Shown piece by piece: positions 46,641-56,442 of a DNA stretch of 64,000 bases (positions within the stretch are counted from its first letter, which is position 1; every line of letters begins with the position of its first letter). The stretch lies in IMG/VR virus record IMGVR_UViG_3300030390_002408; one strand, written 5' to 3'. Made by a program: the position numbers and the translations under genes. The DNA comes from a virus. The notes below the pieces were generated by a model. That model worked only from the letters and a program-made list of their open reading frames with translations. It searched no databases and was not told where the DNA came from.

Positions 46641-48070
46641 TAGTATATTAATTTATGTTTTAAAACTCTTTCTTCAAAATCTGTATCTTTAAGGAATTCA
46701 TAATTTCTTCGAGGTGTAAAAGTTTTAAATAACTCATCCATCCCTTCAATTACTCTTTCCCCCATAATCTTAGAAGTAAAACCTGCTTCTTCACCTGTAG
46801 CCCATTTCATCCCTTCTAAACCTATTCTTTCTCTCTCTTCAGAAGTCATTTTGTATAACTTCTCAATTTGTTTAGAAGCATCTTCAGCACTACATCTATC
46901 ATCCCAAATATAGGGAGTAGTAGGTGATCCTTGAATTGATAAATTAGTTGGATAAACTGGGAAGGCCCATTCACCATGTTTTTTATAAGTTCCTCTATTA
47001 TTAGATGGAAAATTTTCATCAAATTCAACCCATTTACTAGAGTCGTTATACTCAAATCTCATTTGATCTTGCATACCTCCTGTAGTGTTTGCGATAATAG
47101 GTGTCCCTGTTAATAAAGCTTCTGTTAAACTTAACCCCCAACCTTCATTTGATGTTAGTTGGATTTGAGCATCTGCTATATTATATAAAACATTCATTTG
47201 CTCGGAACTTAACTTATCTGTTGAAAATCTAATATTATGTCCTTCAGGAAACAAATAATCAATTATAGCAGGAAGATCAGTACCATTATCATCTACTGGT
47301 TGAGTATGGAGTACGAATGAACATTTATCTTGTTCTTCTTTTGATAAAGTATCCATAAAATACTTCCAAGCTAAGATTGTATCTGGGATTTGTTTTCTTC
47401 TGATATTTCGGGAATTGAAAAATAAAGTAAATTCAGGGGATTTTCCAGAGAATAACTGATTTTTCATTTCATTTAACAACTTATCTTCTTTATCTAAGGG
47501 TTTAAATACATTATTATCTAAACCATGAGGAACATATTTAATTACTTTTCCTTCTGCTTTATCCCCTAAAACTATTTTATTAATATTTACAGTTTGTTTT
47601 GAAATTCCAAATAAAGCATCGCAAGACTCATAATATTCTTTATTATATGCTGGAGCTGGATAATCATCCCATATATTGAGATAAGCAATTGGAATTTGTT
47701 TTCTTATTTCATTTTCCATTTTAAATAACCAAATGAAATATCTTGGGTCAGTAACTAAAAAGATAGCATCAGGTTTTTCTTCCTTTATTAAAGCTCTAAC
47801 CATATCTTCATTTCCATACCCATCAGTAGGATAAAGGATAACAGATGAATCATCAACTCCTGTTTTTTTATTAGTATCTTCGGATATGTCAAACTTCTTA
47901 CCGGCTTCAGGGTGTTGGATAGCTCCTGCTATTTGTACCCAATTATATCTGTGGCAAGTATTTAAAACTGTTTCTCTAGCAACTTGAGCTACCCCTGAAT
48001 GAACACGAATATCATCTGTAATTAGTAGGATTTTTTTCCTATCTTCTTTTTTAATATAACCTTCTTTCAT
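46640..48070 (-). CDS. GT4-like (GT-B) glycosyltransferase
   Basis: HSGVA, YVPHG, RNIRRK, NEGWGLSLTEA. Confidence 0.9.
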   Translation of the reverse strand: MKEGYIKKEDRKKILLITDDIRVHSGVAQVARETVLNTCHRYNWVQIAGAIQHPEAGKKFDISEDTNKKTGVDDSSVILYPTDGYGNEDMVRALIKEEKPDAIFLVTDPRYFIWLFKMENEIRKQIPIAYLNIWDDYPAPAYNKEYYESCDALFGISKQTVNINKIVLGDKAEGKVIKYVPHGLDNNVFKPLDKEDKLLNEMKNQLFSGKSPEFTLFFNSRNIRRKQIPDTILAWKYFMDTLSKEEQDKCSFVLHTQPVDDNGTDLPAIIDYLFPEGHNIRFSTDKLSSEQMNVLYNIADAQIQLTSNEGWGLSLTEALLTGTPIIANTTGGMQDQMRFEYNDSSKWVEFDENFPSNNRGTYKKHGEWAFPVYPTNLSIQGSPTTPYIWDDRCSAEDASKQIEKLYKMTSEERERIGLEGMKWATGEEAGFTSKIMGERVIEGMDELFKTFTPRRNYEFLKDTDFEERVLKHKLIY

Positions 48071-48073
48071 ATT

Positions 48074-48268
48074 TTATTTATTTGTTGGGTAATCAAAACT
48101 AGTATGATTATTAATTTTCTTTCTAAATTCCTCATCTGTAAGGTAAAGATGAATTGCTCTATCTGAAAGTTTTTGAAATGAGAATTTTCGTCTCACACAT
48201 TCAACTTTAAAATCCTCAAATAATTCACTTTGAATTTTTACACTAGTAAGTGTCATGTCTTTTGCCAT
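48074..48268 (-). CDS. Ribbon-helix-helix DNA-binding protein
   Basis: LTSVKI strand followed by two helices. Confidence 0.65.
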   Translation of the reverse strand: MAKDMTLTSVKIQSELFEDFKVECVRRKFSFQKLSDRAIHLYLTDEEFRKKINNHTSFDYPTNK

Positions 48269-48312
48269 TTTTAATCTAATTTAAGTTAATATTATATACG
48301 TATGTACAAATA

Positions 48313-49251
48313 TTAGGATTTATCACACAATTCAGAATTATCAGAAAATGGGCAAAACCTACAATTCCATTTTGAAGGGTTCTGCTTAAATTCTCTCTCT
48401 TTATATCCTGATTTAGTGAAGGATTCATTAATAAAATCATCTATTGCTTTTGTTGCTCTATTTAATTTAACTTTCCCTGAGGGTGGTTTAAATAATTGTA
48501 CTCTCTTTTGTGGGAAATCTAAATTTTCATAAAGTTTTCTCTTAACAATGAAGAATTCAATATCAATATCCTCAAGTGGTACTCCAAACTGTTCTGAAAA
48601 GTATTTTTTATATAATATTAATTGGAATTGTTTTATTTCATCTTTTTTTGCTTGAGCATTCCAGCCTTTAGTACTTGTTTTAATATCAATAATATAAAAC
48701 TTATTTGTAGGTTCATGATATAATACTACATCCAAGTAACCTTGGTATACTACGTTGTTATAATGTTTATTAGGCGGCATTACAATAGGGATTTCACACC
48801 CCACCAAATACCATCCTTTCTTGGAAAAATACAAGTTTCTTTTTTTAGAAATATGTTTAAGTATTTTAATACCATCTTCATAAAATTCCCTCATTTCTTC
48901 GGGACTGCTGAAGTGATTGGAATTATTTTTCTTATATTGATTTTTATATTCTTCTCTGAATTTTTCTTCAAATAGCCCTATAATATCTTCTTTATCAGCC
49001 GCCACTCCACTTTCCTCATACATCACAGTAAGATAATGTTGGAGGGCTTCATGTAGTGCTGTACCAAACACTGTATGGATTGAAGGATTATAAATTTTCC
49101 TTCCTTCTTTATACTGTAATGACCATTGTTTAGGACAGTTAGTATACATTGAAAGTTGGGAGAATGAAATATTCTTTTGATAAGAATAATCAATTTTCTC
49201 AGTAGGAAAATTTTGAATGTCTTTTACTATTTTAGGGATTTTTCTAGCCAA
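48313..49251 (-). CDS. PD-(D/E)XK Cas4/RecB-like exonuclease
   Basis: CPKQW, GTALH, GYLD, IDIKT, QLILY, CRFC...C. Confidence 0.88.
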   Translation of the reverse strand: MARKIPKIVKDIQNFPTEKIDYSYQKNISFSQLSMYTNCPKQWSLQYKEGRKIYNPSIHTVFGTALHEALQHYLTVMYEESGVAADKEDIIGLFEEKFREEYKNQYKKNNSNHFSSPEEMREFYEDGIKILKHISKKRNLYFSKKGWYLVGCEIPIVMPPNKHYNNVVYQGYLDVVLYHEPTNKFYIIDIKTSTKGWNAQAKKDEIKQFQLILYKKYFSEQFGVPLEDIDIEFFIVKRKLYENLDFPQKRVQLFKPPSGKVKLNRATKAIDDFINESFTKSGYKEREFKQNPSKWNCRFCPFSDNSELCDKS

Positions 49252-49254
49252 AAT

Positions 49255-49698
49255 CTATTTCCATTTATTTCTTAAAACTAATTGGGCAATAATTCCATAA
49301 TTAGAGATATCAATAAAGCTATCTACTAATCCTTCTCCTTCAACATAATTTTTTCCTTTACGTTTGATGAGGTTTTTTAACCTATTAATCTTATCATTAC
49401 ATCTAAGCCATATTCCTGTGATTGAAAAATTTTTATCTTCTTCATTAGATAAATCACTACCTAAAGCAATATTCCCTAAACCATAATCTAACATTTTAGA
49501 GGCAAATAATCTATACTGCTCTTCTTGAACTATTAAGAATTCTTTAGCTAATTCGGGATAGGTTTTTTCAAACTCACTAATGGTATTTAATTTGATTTTT
49601 TTATCTTCCATGTGTTCTGGTGTTAATCCATCAGTACTAAAATATTCTTTTTTTAATATTTCACTTAATCTATTATTATTCTCATTATCAAACCCCAT
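49255..49698 (-). CDS. DUF1599/Nmad1 nucleotide-modification-associated protein
   Basis: KMLDYG, RCNDKINRL, DSFIDISNYGII. Confidence 0.8.
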   Translation of the reverse strand: MGFDNENNNRLSEILKKEYFSTDGLTPEHMEDKKIKLNTISEFEKTYPELAKEFLIVQEEQYRLFASKMLDYGLGNIALGSDLSNEEDKNFSITGIWLRCNDKINRLKNLIKRKGKNYVEGEGLVDSFIDISNYGIIAQLVLRNKWK

Positions 49699-49700
49699 AA

Positions 49701-50135
49701 TTATTTTTTTAGTAATTTTTTAGCTTCTTTTTCTTCAATTCCCATATTGTGTAAGATACGAAGAATATTTGACTTATCCAACAACTTTATGTAAGAAATT
49801 GCTTCTCTTTTTGATGTTTCAAAGTAAGAAGATAAATGCTCTACCAACTCTTTATTGGGGGGTTTAACTTGACTTTTAACATACTTACTCCATGTTTTCT
49901 TCTTAGGAATAAATTCTTTATAAAATGAGTAAATTTGTGATTTATCCTGTGGATTAAATTTTTGAGCTAAATTTACAACATCTAAATAATTTTTATTCAT
50001 ACTAAGAAATCTATGAACCATGTATGAATTCCATAACTCCCACTCTTCATTTGAAAATGAAGTATTTGGGGATTTAGTTAGGGTTATTTCCTCTAACCAC
50101 CCCCAAATATTCTTAATTGGTTTTATTTTAACCAT
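49701..50135 (-). CDS. Clamp loader small subunit (T4 gp62-like)
   Basis: YMVHRFLSM, IPKKKTWSKY; located next to the large subunit. Confidence 0.75.
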   Translation of the reverse strand: MVKIKPIKNIWGWLEEITLTKSPNTSFSNEEWELWNSYMVHRFLSMNKNYLDVVNLAQKFNPQDKSQIYSFYKEFIPKKKTWSKYVKSQVKPPNKELVEHLSSYFETSKREAISYIKLLDKSNILRILHNMGIEEKEAKKLLKK

Positions 50136-50379
50136 TAATTATGTCATCTTGATATTCATCTCTTAAATCAGCTGGAATAGTTGATTCTAGAATTAAATTG
50201 GTTTGTGGATCATAAAATACAGGAATAGGCATTACTGCATCTTCTTTAGCTCCTACTACGAATTTTGATACTTTTCTTAATATCACCCCCTGATTGAATA
50301 TTTTATTCCCTTCAGGTGTTTCAATACTTGTAGTATTTTTTAAATCAATGTTTGGTTGTGTTTGTGGTTGTTGTTCCAT
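50128..50379 (-). CDS. Hypothetical protein
   Basis: Lies between the clamp-loader subunits. Confidence 0.65.
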   Translation of the reverse strand: MEQQPQTQPNIDLKNTTSIETPEGNKIFNQGVILRKVSKFVVGAKEDAVMPIPVFYDPQTNLILESTIPADLRDEYQDDIING

Positions 50380-50390
50380 CTTTGTTAAAA

Positions 50391-51329
50391 TTAAATTATT
50401 ACGTTATTCTTCTTTTCTTCAATTAATTTAGCTATTAAAGCCATTATATTTATTTCCTTATCAATTCTGAAATTGGATTGGTAAGAGTATTCATTTATTA
50501 AAATTGCAACTGTTCCTTCCTTTCCAGGTAAGTATTTTGAGGCATGCTCATATAAAAACTTATAAAATTCTTCAAAGTCATTTACATTAGCATTTGCTAT
50601 AATTTGCCTTATATCCTTAAAAGATGGAGATTTGTTAATTAACTCCTTCATAATCTGAACCATATAATTAGAGGAAACAATAATTGATTTATCAATTTTA
50701 ATTGTATCTCCTTCAATTGGGGATAATTGTAAAGTATTAATTATTTTTCTAATATCAGGATAGTGTTGATTTATTATTATTTTACAATCATCAGCTCCCA
50801 TTCCTATTCCCAATTCTGTTAACATATCAATAATATGATATACTATTTCTTGTTTAGATGGAGGAATAATTTTTAATACTTGACATCTAGATTGAAGGGG
50901 ATCAATTATTCTTTCTACATAATTACAAGTCATTATGAAACGTGTATTTCTTGAAAATGTTTCAATTATGTTTCTTAATGAGGCTTGGGCTTGAATAGTT
51001 AAAAAATCGGCTTCATCTAAAATTACCACTTTAAGGGGTTTAAAAGATGCAGTGCTAGCAAATCCTGATACTTTATCTCTTATTGTTTCAATCCCTCTTT
51101 CATCTGAAGCATTAATGTAAAGATGATCACAATCTAGATTTTTAACAATAAGTTTAGCTAATGTTGTTTTCCCGGTTCCTGCAGGACCATAAAATATAAA
51201 GTTTTGAATATCATTTTGTTCTAGATATTTTCCTAATTTATCTTTTATGCTTTGATTTCCAACATAATTCTCTAATTTAGTAGGTCTAAATCTTTCAACC
51301 CATAGTGTGTGTTTTTTATCTTGCTCCAT
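50391..51329 (-). CDS. Clamp loader AAA+ subunit (RFC/gp44-like)
   Basis: WVERFRP, GPAGTGKTT, NASDERG, LDEAD, SRC. Confidence 0.95.
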   Translation of the reverse strand: MEQDKKHTLWVERFRPTKLENYVGNQSIKDKLGKYLEQNDIQNFIFYGPAGTGKTTLAKLIVKNLDCDHLYINASDERGIETIRDKVSGFASTASFKPLKVVILDEADFLTIQAQASLRNIIETFSRNTRFIMTCNYVERIIDPLQSRCQVLKIIPPSKQEIVYHIIDMLTELGIGMGADDCKIIINQHYPDIRKIINTLQLSPIEGDTIKIDKSIIVSSNYMVQIMKELINKSPSFKDIRQIIANANVNDFEEFYKFLYEHASKYLPGKEGTVAILINEYSYQSNFRIDKEINIMALIAKLIEEKKNNVII

Positions 51330-51337
51330 TATAACTT

Positions 51338-51607
51338 TTATTTTAACCCCTTAATTAACAAATTAAATTCTTCATCATCAAATTCATTAACACCACCATC
51401 TACATCATCCAATGTTGTGCCATCAATTTCACCATTATGCCACTCCCCTATACCTTCATCCCATTCTGTCCACATTACTTCAATACGATTTTCAGACACA
51501 TTAAGATAAGTAACTATTTTAGCTGAATTGTCATCTTCATATACTTCAATTCCTGGGTTATCTTTATAGTTTGGAAATAATTCTCTTAACTTATTTGCTT
51601 TTGTCAT
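51338..51607 (-). CDS. Hypothetical acidic protein
   Basis: Inserted in the replication region with its own promoter cassette. Confidence 0.65.
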   Translation of the reverse strand: MTKANKLRELFPNYKDNPGIEVYEDDNSAKIVTYLNVSENRIEVMWTEWDEGIGEWHNGEIDGTTLDDVDGGVNEFDDEEFNLLIKGLK

Positions 51608-51628
51608 AACTTTTATTTTTTGTGTTGC

Positions 51629-51685
51629 TTAACTCCTGCAATCTTACCCCATAAATATACGATGAATTCCTCAGGAAACCACATT
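51629..51685 (-). promoter_or_regulatory. Early promoter plus leader
   Basis: TGTGG-N17-CGTATATTTATGGGGTAAGATTGCAGG. Confidence 0.75.
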
Positions 51686-51699
51686 TCTTACCATATTTC

Positions 51700-51981
51700 T
51701 TAAACACCCTGTTTCCAATTAACTTCACCATAAATTCCATACTCTTTAGGCTCTTCAATTACTTCTTCTACTTCAACCTCTTCAGTTTTAATAGAATATA
51801 ACTTACTATCTAATGGATCTAATTTATAGGATCCTTTAAATTTTGTTTTGTGGAAGTATGCTTCTAAAGTGTCTGTAAGACTTTCATAAGTTTTATCCTC
51901 TTCTTCTATAAGAGCCCACCTGTCTCCAGGGGGTACTCTAATAGCTATTAACTCATTATGTTCTACTTTTTCAGTCTCCAT
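51700..51981 (-). CDS. Hypothetical protein
   Basis: TAATG-coupled to groEL. Confidence 0.65.
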   Translation of the reverse strand: METEKVEHNELIAIRVPPGDRWALIEEEDKTYESLTDTLEAYFHKTKFKGSYKLDPLDSKLYSIKTEEVEVEEVIEEPKEYGIYGEVNWKQGV

Positions 51982-53579
51982 TAATACATCATGTTAGGTT
52001 GTTGTTGTTCTTGATTTTCTTCAACAACTATACATTCAGTTAATAAAACAGTTCCTGCAACTGCCGCAGCATTTTCTAAGGCTGTTCTTGTTACTTTGGT
52101 AGGATCAATAATACCTTCTGATTTCATATTTACTACTTCTTCAGTTTTAAGATCATAACCCGACCAATAATCATTGTTTTTGGTTAATTTATCCATTAAA
52201 GATTTAGTTTTTTTCTTGTCATATCCCGCATTAGATAGAATTTGGATAAATGGTTTACCACAAGCTTGATATACAATATCAGACCCTATATCTGCGTCTT
52301 CAATGTTTTGTCTAGCATATAATAAAGCAACACCCCCACCTGGGACTATCCCTTCACTTAAAGCAGCTTGGGTAGCATTTAAGGCATCATCTACTCTATC
52401 TTTTTTCTCATTTAGCTCAGTTTCATTATGTCCTCCCACATGAATTATAGAAACACCCCCTACCATTTTAGATAATCGGTTTTGAAGTTGTTCGATTTCA
52501 AATGGAGTTGATGATGAGTCAATTTGAGATTGTAATTCTTCTACTCTCTGATTGATTTTTTCTTCATCACCCTTACCATCAACAATTGTTGTTTTTTCTT
52601 TAGTAACAGTTACAGCACGAGCTTCTCCAAACCATTCCCAGTTGAATTTCTCCAACTTCATTCCTTTACTTTTATCAAAAACCTGACCACCTGTTAGGGT
52701 AGCAATATCTTCTAAAATAAGTTTTCTTCTATCCCCAAAATCAGGAGCTTTAATAGCACAAACATTTAATGTACCTCTTTGTTTATTTACAATTAAAGTA
52801 GCCAAAGCTTCACTATCAATATCTTCAGCAATAATAATAAGAGATTTATTTGTATTAGAAATACTTTCTAAAATAGGTAATAACTCTTTAACTTGGGTGA
52901 ATTTATGATCAGCAATTAATATATAAGCATCTTTAATACTAGATGTCATTGTATTATTGTCCGTAACAAAATATGGGGATTTGTATCCTCTTTCAAATTG
53001 CATACCTTCAACAGTTTCAAGATAAGTTTCTCCTGATTTGCTTTCTTCAATATGGACTACCCCATCTCTTCCTACTTTCTCCATTGCAGTTGCTATTAAC
53101 TTTCCAACTTCTGGATCATTATTTGCTGAAATAGTTGCAATTTGTTCTAATTGGTTTTCTAAAGTAATGTCTTCAGATAAATCATTTCGAAGAGATTTAA
53201 CAACTTGCTTTACAGCTTTATCAATTCCTCTTTTAATTTCAACAGCATTTTCACCGGTATCTAGACTAGTAAGACCTAATTTAATCATTTCTCTAGCTAA
53301 AAGAGTTGATGTTGTTGTACCATCTCCGGCTTTATCAGCAGTATTAATAGCAGCTTGATTTACTAATTGAACCCCAGTTTCTTCAATTGGATCTTTTAGA
53401 TTAATATTCTTTGCTACTGTTACACCATCTTTTGTTGATTTTACAGCTTCACCTGGTTTTGAAATTACAACATTCCTACCATTTGGTCCTAAGGTACAAA
53501 CTACCGAATCTGCTAAGGTATCAATACCTTTAACTAATCGTGTTCTTCCTGCTTTTCCTAATTCTATAATTTTTGCCAT
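51981..53579 (-). CDS. groL: Chaperonin GroEL
   Basis: TLGPNGRNV, TKDGVTVAK, AGDGTTTST, PGGG. Start MAKIIEL. Confidence 0.97.
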   Translation of the reverse strand: MAKIIELGKAGRTRLVKGIDTLADSVVCTLGPNGRNVVISKPGEAVKSTKDGVTVAKNINLKDPIEETGVQLVNQAAINTADKAGDGTTTSTLLAREMIKLGLTSLDTGENAVEIKRGIDKAVKQVVKSLRNDLSEDITLENQLEQIATISANNDPEVGKLIATAMEKVGRDGVVHIEESKSGETYLETVEGMQFERGYKSPYFVTDNNTMTSSIKDAYILIADHKFTQVKELLPILESISNTNKSLIIIAEDIDSEALATLIVNKQRGTLNVCAIKAPDFGDRRKLILEDIATLTGGQVFDKSKGMKLEKFNWEWFGEARAVTVTKEKTTIVDGKGDEEKINQRVEELQSQIDSSSTPFEIEQLQNRLSKMVGGVSIIHVGGHNETELNEKKDRVDDALNATQAALSEGIVPGGGVALLYARQNIEDADIGSDIVYQACGKPFIQILSNAGYDKKKTKSLMDKLTKNNDYWSGYDLKTEEVVNMKSEGIIDPTKVTRTALENAAAVAGTVLLTECIVVEENQEQQQPNMMY

Positions 53580-53583
53580 CTCT

Positions 53584-53880
53584 TTATTTTTTAACTTTTG
53601 CAAGGATTTGATTTTCAGGTCCTATAAAATAATCATCCCCATCATACTCTAATTTTGTAAACCCCATAGTAGGTAGAATAACTATATCCCCTACTTTAAC
53701 TTGGGTTTCTATAAAACTCCCCATTAGTGTGGGCTTTCCAGGGCCTACAGCTATAACTTCTCCTCTTTCGTTTTTATCTTTTCCTAAATCTGGGACTACA
53801 ATATTTCCATATTGTTGTTCTTCGTTTTCTACAGGTTTAACGATAACTGCATCAAATAGTGCTTCTAAATTCATATTCAT
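53584..53880 (-). CDS. groS: Co-chaperonin GroES
   Basis: GEVIAVGPG, VKVGD; adjacent to groEL. Confidence 0.93.
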   Translation of the reverse strand: MNMNLEALFDAVIVKPVENEEQQYGNIVVPDLGKDKNERGEVIAVGPGKPTLMGSFIETQVKVGDIVILPTMGFTKLEYDGDDYFIGPENQILAKVKK

Positions 53881-54179
53881 ACTTCTATTTTATTTAATAA
53901 TGTTTTTAATTCTGTGTTTATTTCTTCATAGTAAGATAAGTAATCTTTAACTGAGCTGTATAACTTAGGGGGTGATGTTAATCTTCCCCTAGCAATGGCT
54001 TTTAAAGCGTGGTTTAAATGGGTGTAATGCCCTACAGACTTTTCATAAGGTTCTTTAACTTTGGTTGATTTACTCCTAGTACGTGTTGGGGTAATTAATT
54101 CAATTACGGTGTAGCAGTACTTGTCTTTACTAATGTAGAAAGGTTCAAGATTTGGGTCTTTAATAATTGTGTTATTCAT
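53877..54179 (-). CDS. Hypothetical protein
   Basis: Promoter at 54205-54235. Confidence 0.65.
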   Translation of the reverse strand: MNNTIIKDPNLEPFYISKDKYCYTVIELITPTRTRSKSTKVKEPYEKSVGHYTHLNHALKAIARGRLTSPPKLYSSVKDYLSYYEEINTELKTLLNKIEV

Positions 54180-54252
54180 ATGTCTATAACTTTTTATTTG
54201 AATGGAAGATACGAAAAATAATTAGCTAAACCAAACTATAGGGCGAGTTTTG

Positions 54253-54675
54253 TTAACTAATTTTTAAAACTTTTGCTTTTGACTTTGTTGAAAACGGAAC
54301 TGTTACTAACAGTAACCCATCTAAAAACATAGCATGTGCTTTGTTTAAATCAAATTTACTACTTACTTTATAACCTAAATTAAAGGAACGCTTTGCAATT
54401 CCTCGTGTAATGTATTTTCTATTTGGGGGTTCTGGAGATTTTTCTTTATCATGGATAAAGTGAATTATATCTCCATCAATTTTTACCTCAATTGTCTCTT
54501 TAGGAATGCCTGTACAAGCTAACTCAAAGGTTAAACCTAAGTCATCTTCAAAAACATTAATAGGGTGGGGTAATTTTGATTCAATTGCTGGGATGAAGTT
54601 ATTAGTAGCATCAAAGAAATTTTTTACTAATAAATCAAAGGGAAAGAATTCTCTTTCTAAAAAACGTGTACTCAT
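54253..54675 (-). CDS. Small heat shock protein (Hsp20/IbpA-like)
   Basis: ELACTG, RGIAKRSF, DGLLLVTVP. Confidence 0.9.
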   Translation of the reverse strand: MSTRFLEREFFPFDLLVKNFFDATNNFIPAIESKLPHPINVFEDDLGLTFELACTGIPKETIEVKIDGDIIHFIHDKEKSPEPPNRKYITRGIAKRSFNLGYKVSSKFDLNKAHAMFLDGLLLVTVPFSTKSKAKVLKIS

Positions 54676-54781
54676 ATCACTTAATTTTGTGCTGTCCTAA
54701 GATCAGCGGTTAAACATTAAAATAAAACTTTCGCCCTAAAGTCGATTTTTATCTTGAAATACATATAGCAAAGGGAAGTTT

Positions 54782-55516
54782 TTAATACGAAGTTTCTGCT
54801 TTTCTTATTAAGAAATACTCACTTACAGTATCATCGGTTTTAAATTCCAATTTCATTAATCCCATATTACTTAAATAAAGTTTACCTTCTTCCATATCTT
54901 TATTGAAATTAAGTATAGTTTTGAAAGTATCTGAATTGAAAGGGATATTTAAATCTAATTCTTCTATATTACCTTTTAACTGGTATGTTATTTTATTATT
55001 ATGTCCTTGCTCATCTCCAAATACAATCTCACATACATTTTCCCCATCTAAATCTGTAGTAGTATTAACAGTTAAATTATCAATTCCTTGTAATGCACTT
55101 TTAGCTTTTACTAAATTTTCTACATCTTCAACAACTAAATCAATTTCAACACACCAATCAGGAACATTAACAGTACCTACTTTCCCAATAAGGAGAGGAT
55201 CTGATAGAGCATAATTAACATTGTAATTTAAATCTGATATTTTTAATTTTGTAAATGTTTCTTTTCTTTTATCTAATTCCAAAAGTAAATCTCCACTACA
55301 AATATTAACCAAATTTAATAGTTTTTTAGTATCAAAAATAGCTAATTTACTATCTTCAAGTGGGAAATCATTACAAATAACATTTCCTATAACATCCTTA
55401 GTAGGTGTCATAAAATCAATAGTTAATTGATTATCTTTAATAACCCACTTAACAGAACTGTTTATCCCTAAGTGATATTTATTTATTACACTTTGTAAAA
55501 CTCCTTTATTAATCAT
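54782..55516 (-). CDS. Sliding clamp (gp45-like)
   Basis: 244 aa two-domain pattern (AIFDTKKLL; GLMKLEF...YFL), coupled to the polymerase and near the clamp loader. Confidence 0.7.
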   Translation of the reverse strand: MINKGVLQSVINKYHLGINSSVKWVIKDNQLTIDFMTPTKDVIGNVICNDFPLEDSKLAIFDTKKLLNLVNICSGDLLLELDKRKETFTKLKISDLNYNVNYALSDPLLIGKVGTVNVPDWCVEIDLVVEDVENLVKAKSALQGIDNLTVNTTTDLDGENVCEIVFGDEQGHNNKITYQLKGNIEELDLNIPFNSDTFKTILNFNKDMEEGKLYLSNMGLMKLEFKTDDTVSEYFLIRKAETSY

Positions 55517-56442
55517 AAGTTAAAAAACATTTTTTGGTATGGGTTTAAAGATAATGTCCAATTTAAATCTGAATAAAATCCTTCTAATTTATTTAATAAT
55601 ATACTTGAAAATATTTTTTCCCTATCAGCATATTTCTCAATGAATATACGAATTTTATCTGGGTAGTCCCAGGGTAAAAGAGCAATAGATTCAATGTGGT
55701 ATGGGTTAGGTTTTAAGTAAATCCATTTTATTTTATCACTTTGAACAATTGGACTATGTTTTTTATCTAAATTCCAAAATTTTAATAAATCATTATAAAC
55801 TATAGCAGCTTTAACAGGAGCTGGTGCTCCTTTTCCTATAACTGAAAACATCTCCCCTGCTCTTGCTTTGCGTTCTGTGTATTTATTTAATTTTTTTACT
55901 GAGGTAGGGTTTGCTAAGTTTTCTAAGGGAACTTCCCCATTTAATATTTCTTCTCTAAACTTTTTAATCCTGCTATCAATTTCATCTTGTTTAGCTCCTT
56001 TTAAAGTATCAACTAAGGCTTTATGGAAAAACTTCCCAAGTGTAGGAGGGAAATTGGCTTTTTTAAATTCTAGACCCTTAACATCTAATTTTTCTTTAGC
56101 AATTCCTTCTTCTTTAGTTATCCATTGGGCATATCTCCGAGTTGCTCTGAAGTAAGCTGATCTTATAACACATTCTGTTTTCATTTCAAGTCTATGTTCT
56201 GGAGCATTAAAACAATTTTTAGCTAAGTCACCATAAGAGTCAGTAATGATATCTTGATATTTTAAAGCTATTTCTTCTAATTTATCATCTTTAATATTAC
56301 TATCAAGATCATCAAAATCAGAATACAAATGCTTTAATAAAGGCTCCGCATGGATGTAAATTGAATCTGTATCAGAGTAAGCTACATAATTAGTATCATC
56401 AGGATCACAAATCCACCAAGGTGTGTCTTCTATATGTTTCAT
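55513..56442 (-). CDS. Family B DNA polymerase, C-terminal subunit
   Basis: Motif C YSDTDS, RRYA, VKGLE. Confidence 0.92.
   Translation of the reverse strand: MKHIEDTPWWICDPDDTNYVAYSDTDSIYIHAEPLLKHLYSDFDDLDSNIKDDKLEEIALKYQDIITDSYGDLAKNCFNAPEHRLEMKTECVIRSAYFRATRRYAQWITKEEGIAKEKLDVKGLEFKKANFPPTLGKFFHKALVDTLKGAKQDEIDSRIKKFREEILNGEVPLENLANPTSVKKLNKYTERKARAGEMFSVIGKGAPAPVKAAIVYNDLLKFWNLDKKHSPIVQSDKIKWIYLKPNPYHIESIALLPWDYPDKIRIFIEKYADREKIFSSILLNKLEGFYSDLNWTLSLNPYQKMFFNL

Noticed and set aside
37558-48070. Bacterial LPS/capsule locus (host chromosome)
   Set aside because: It has no transport or polymerase genes and is contiguous and translationally coupled with phage-type genes.
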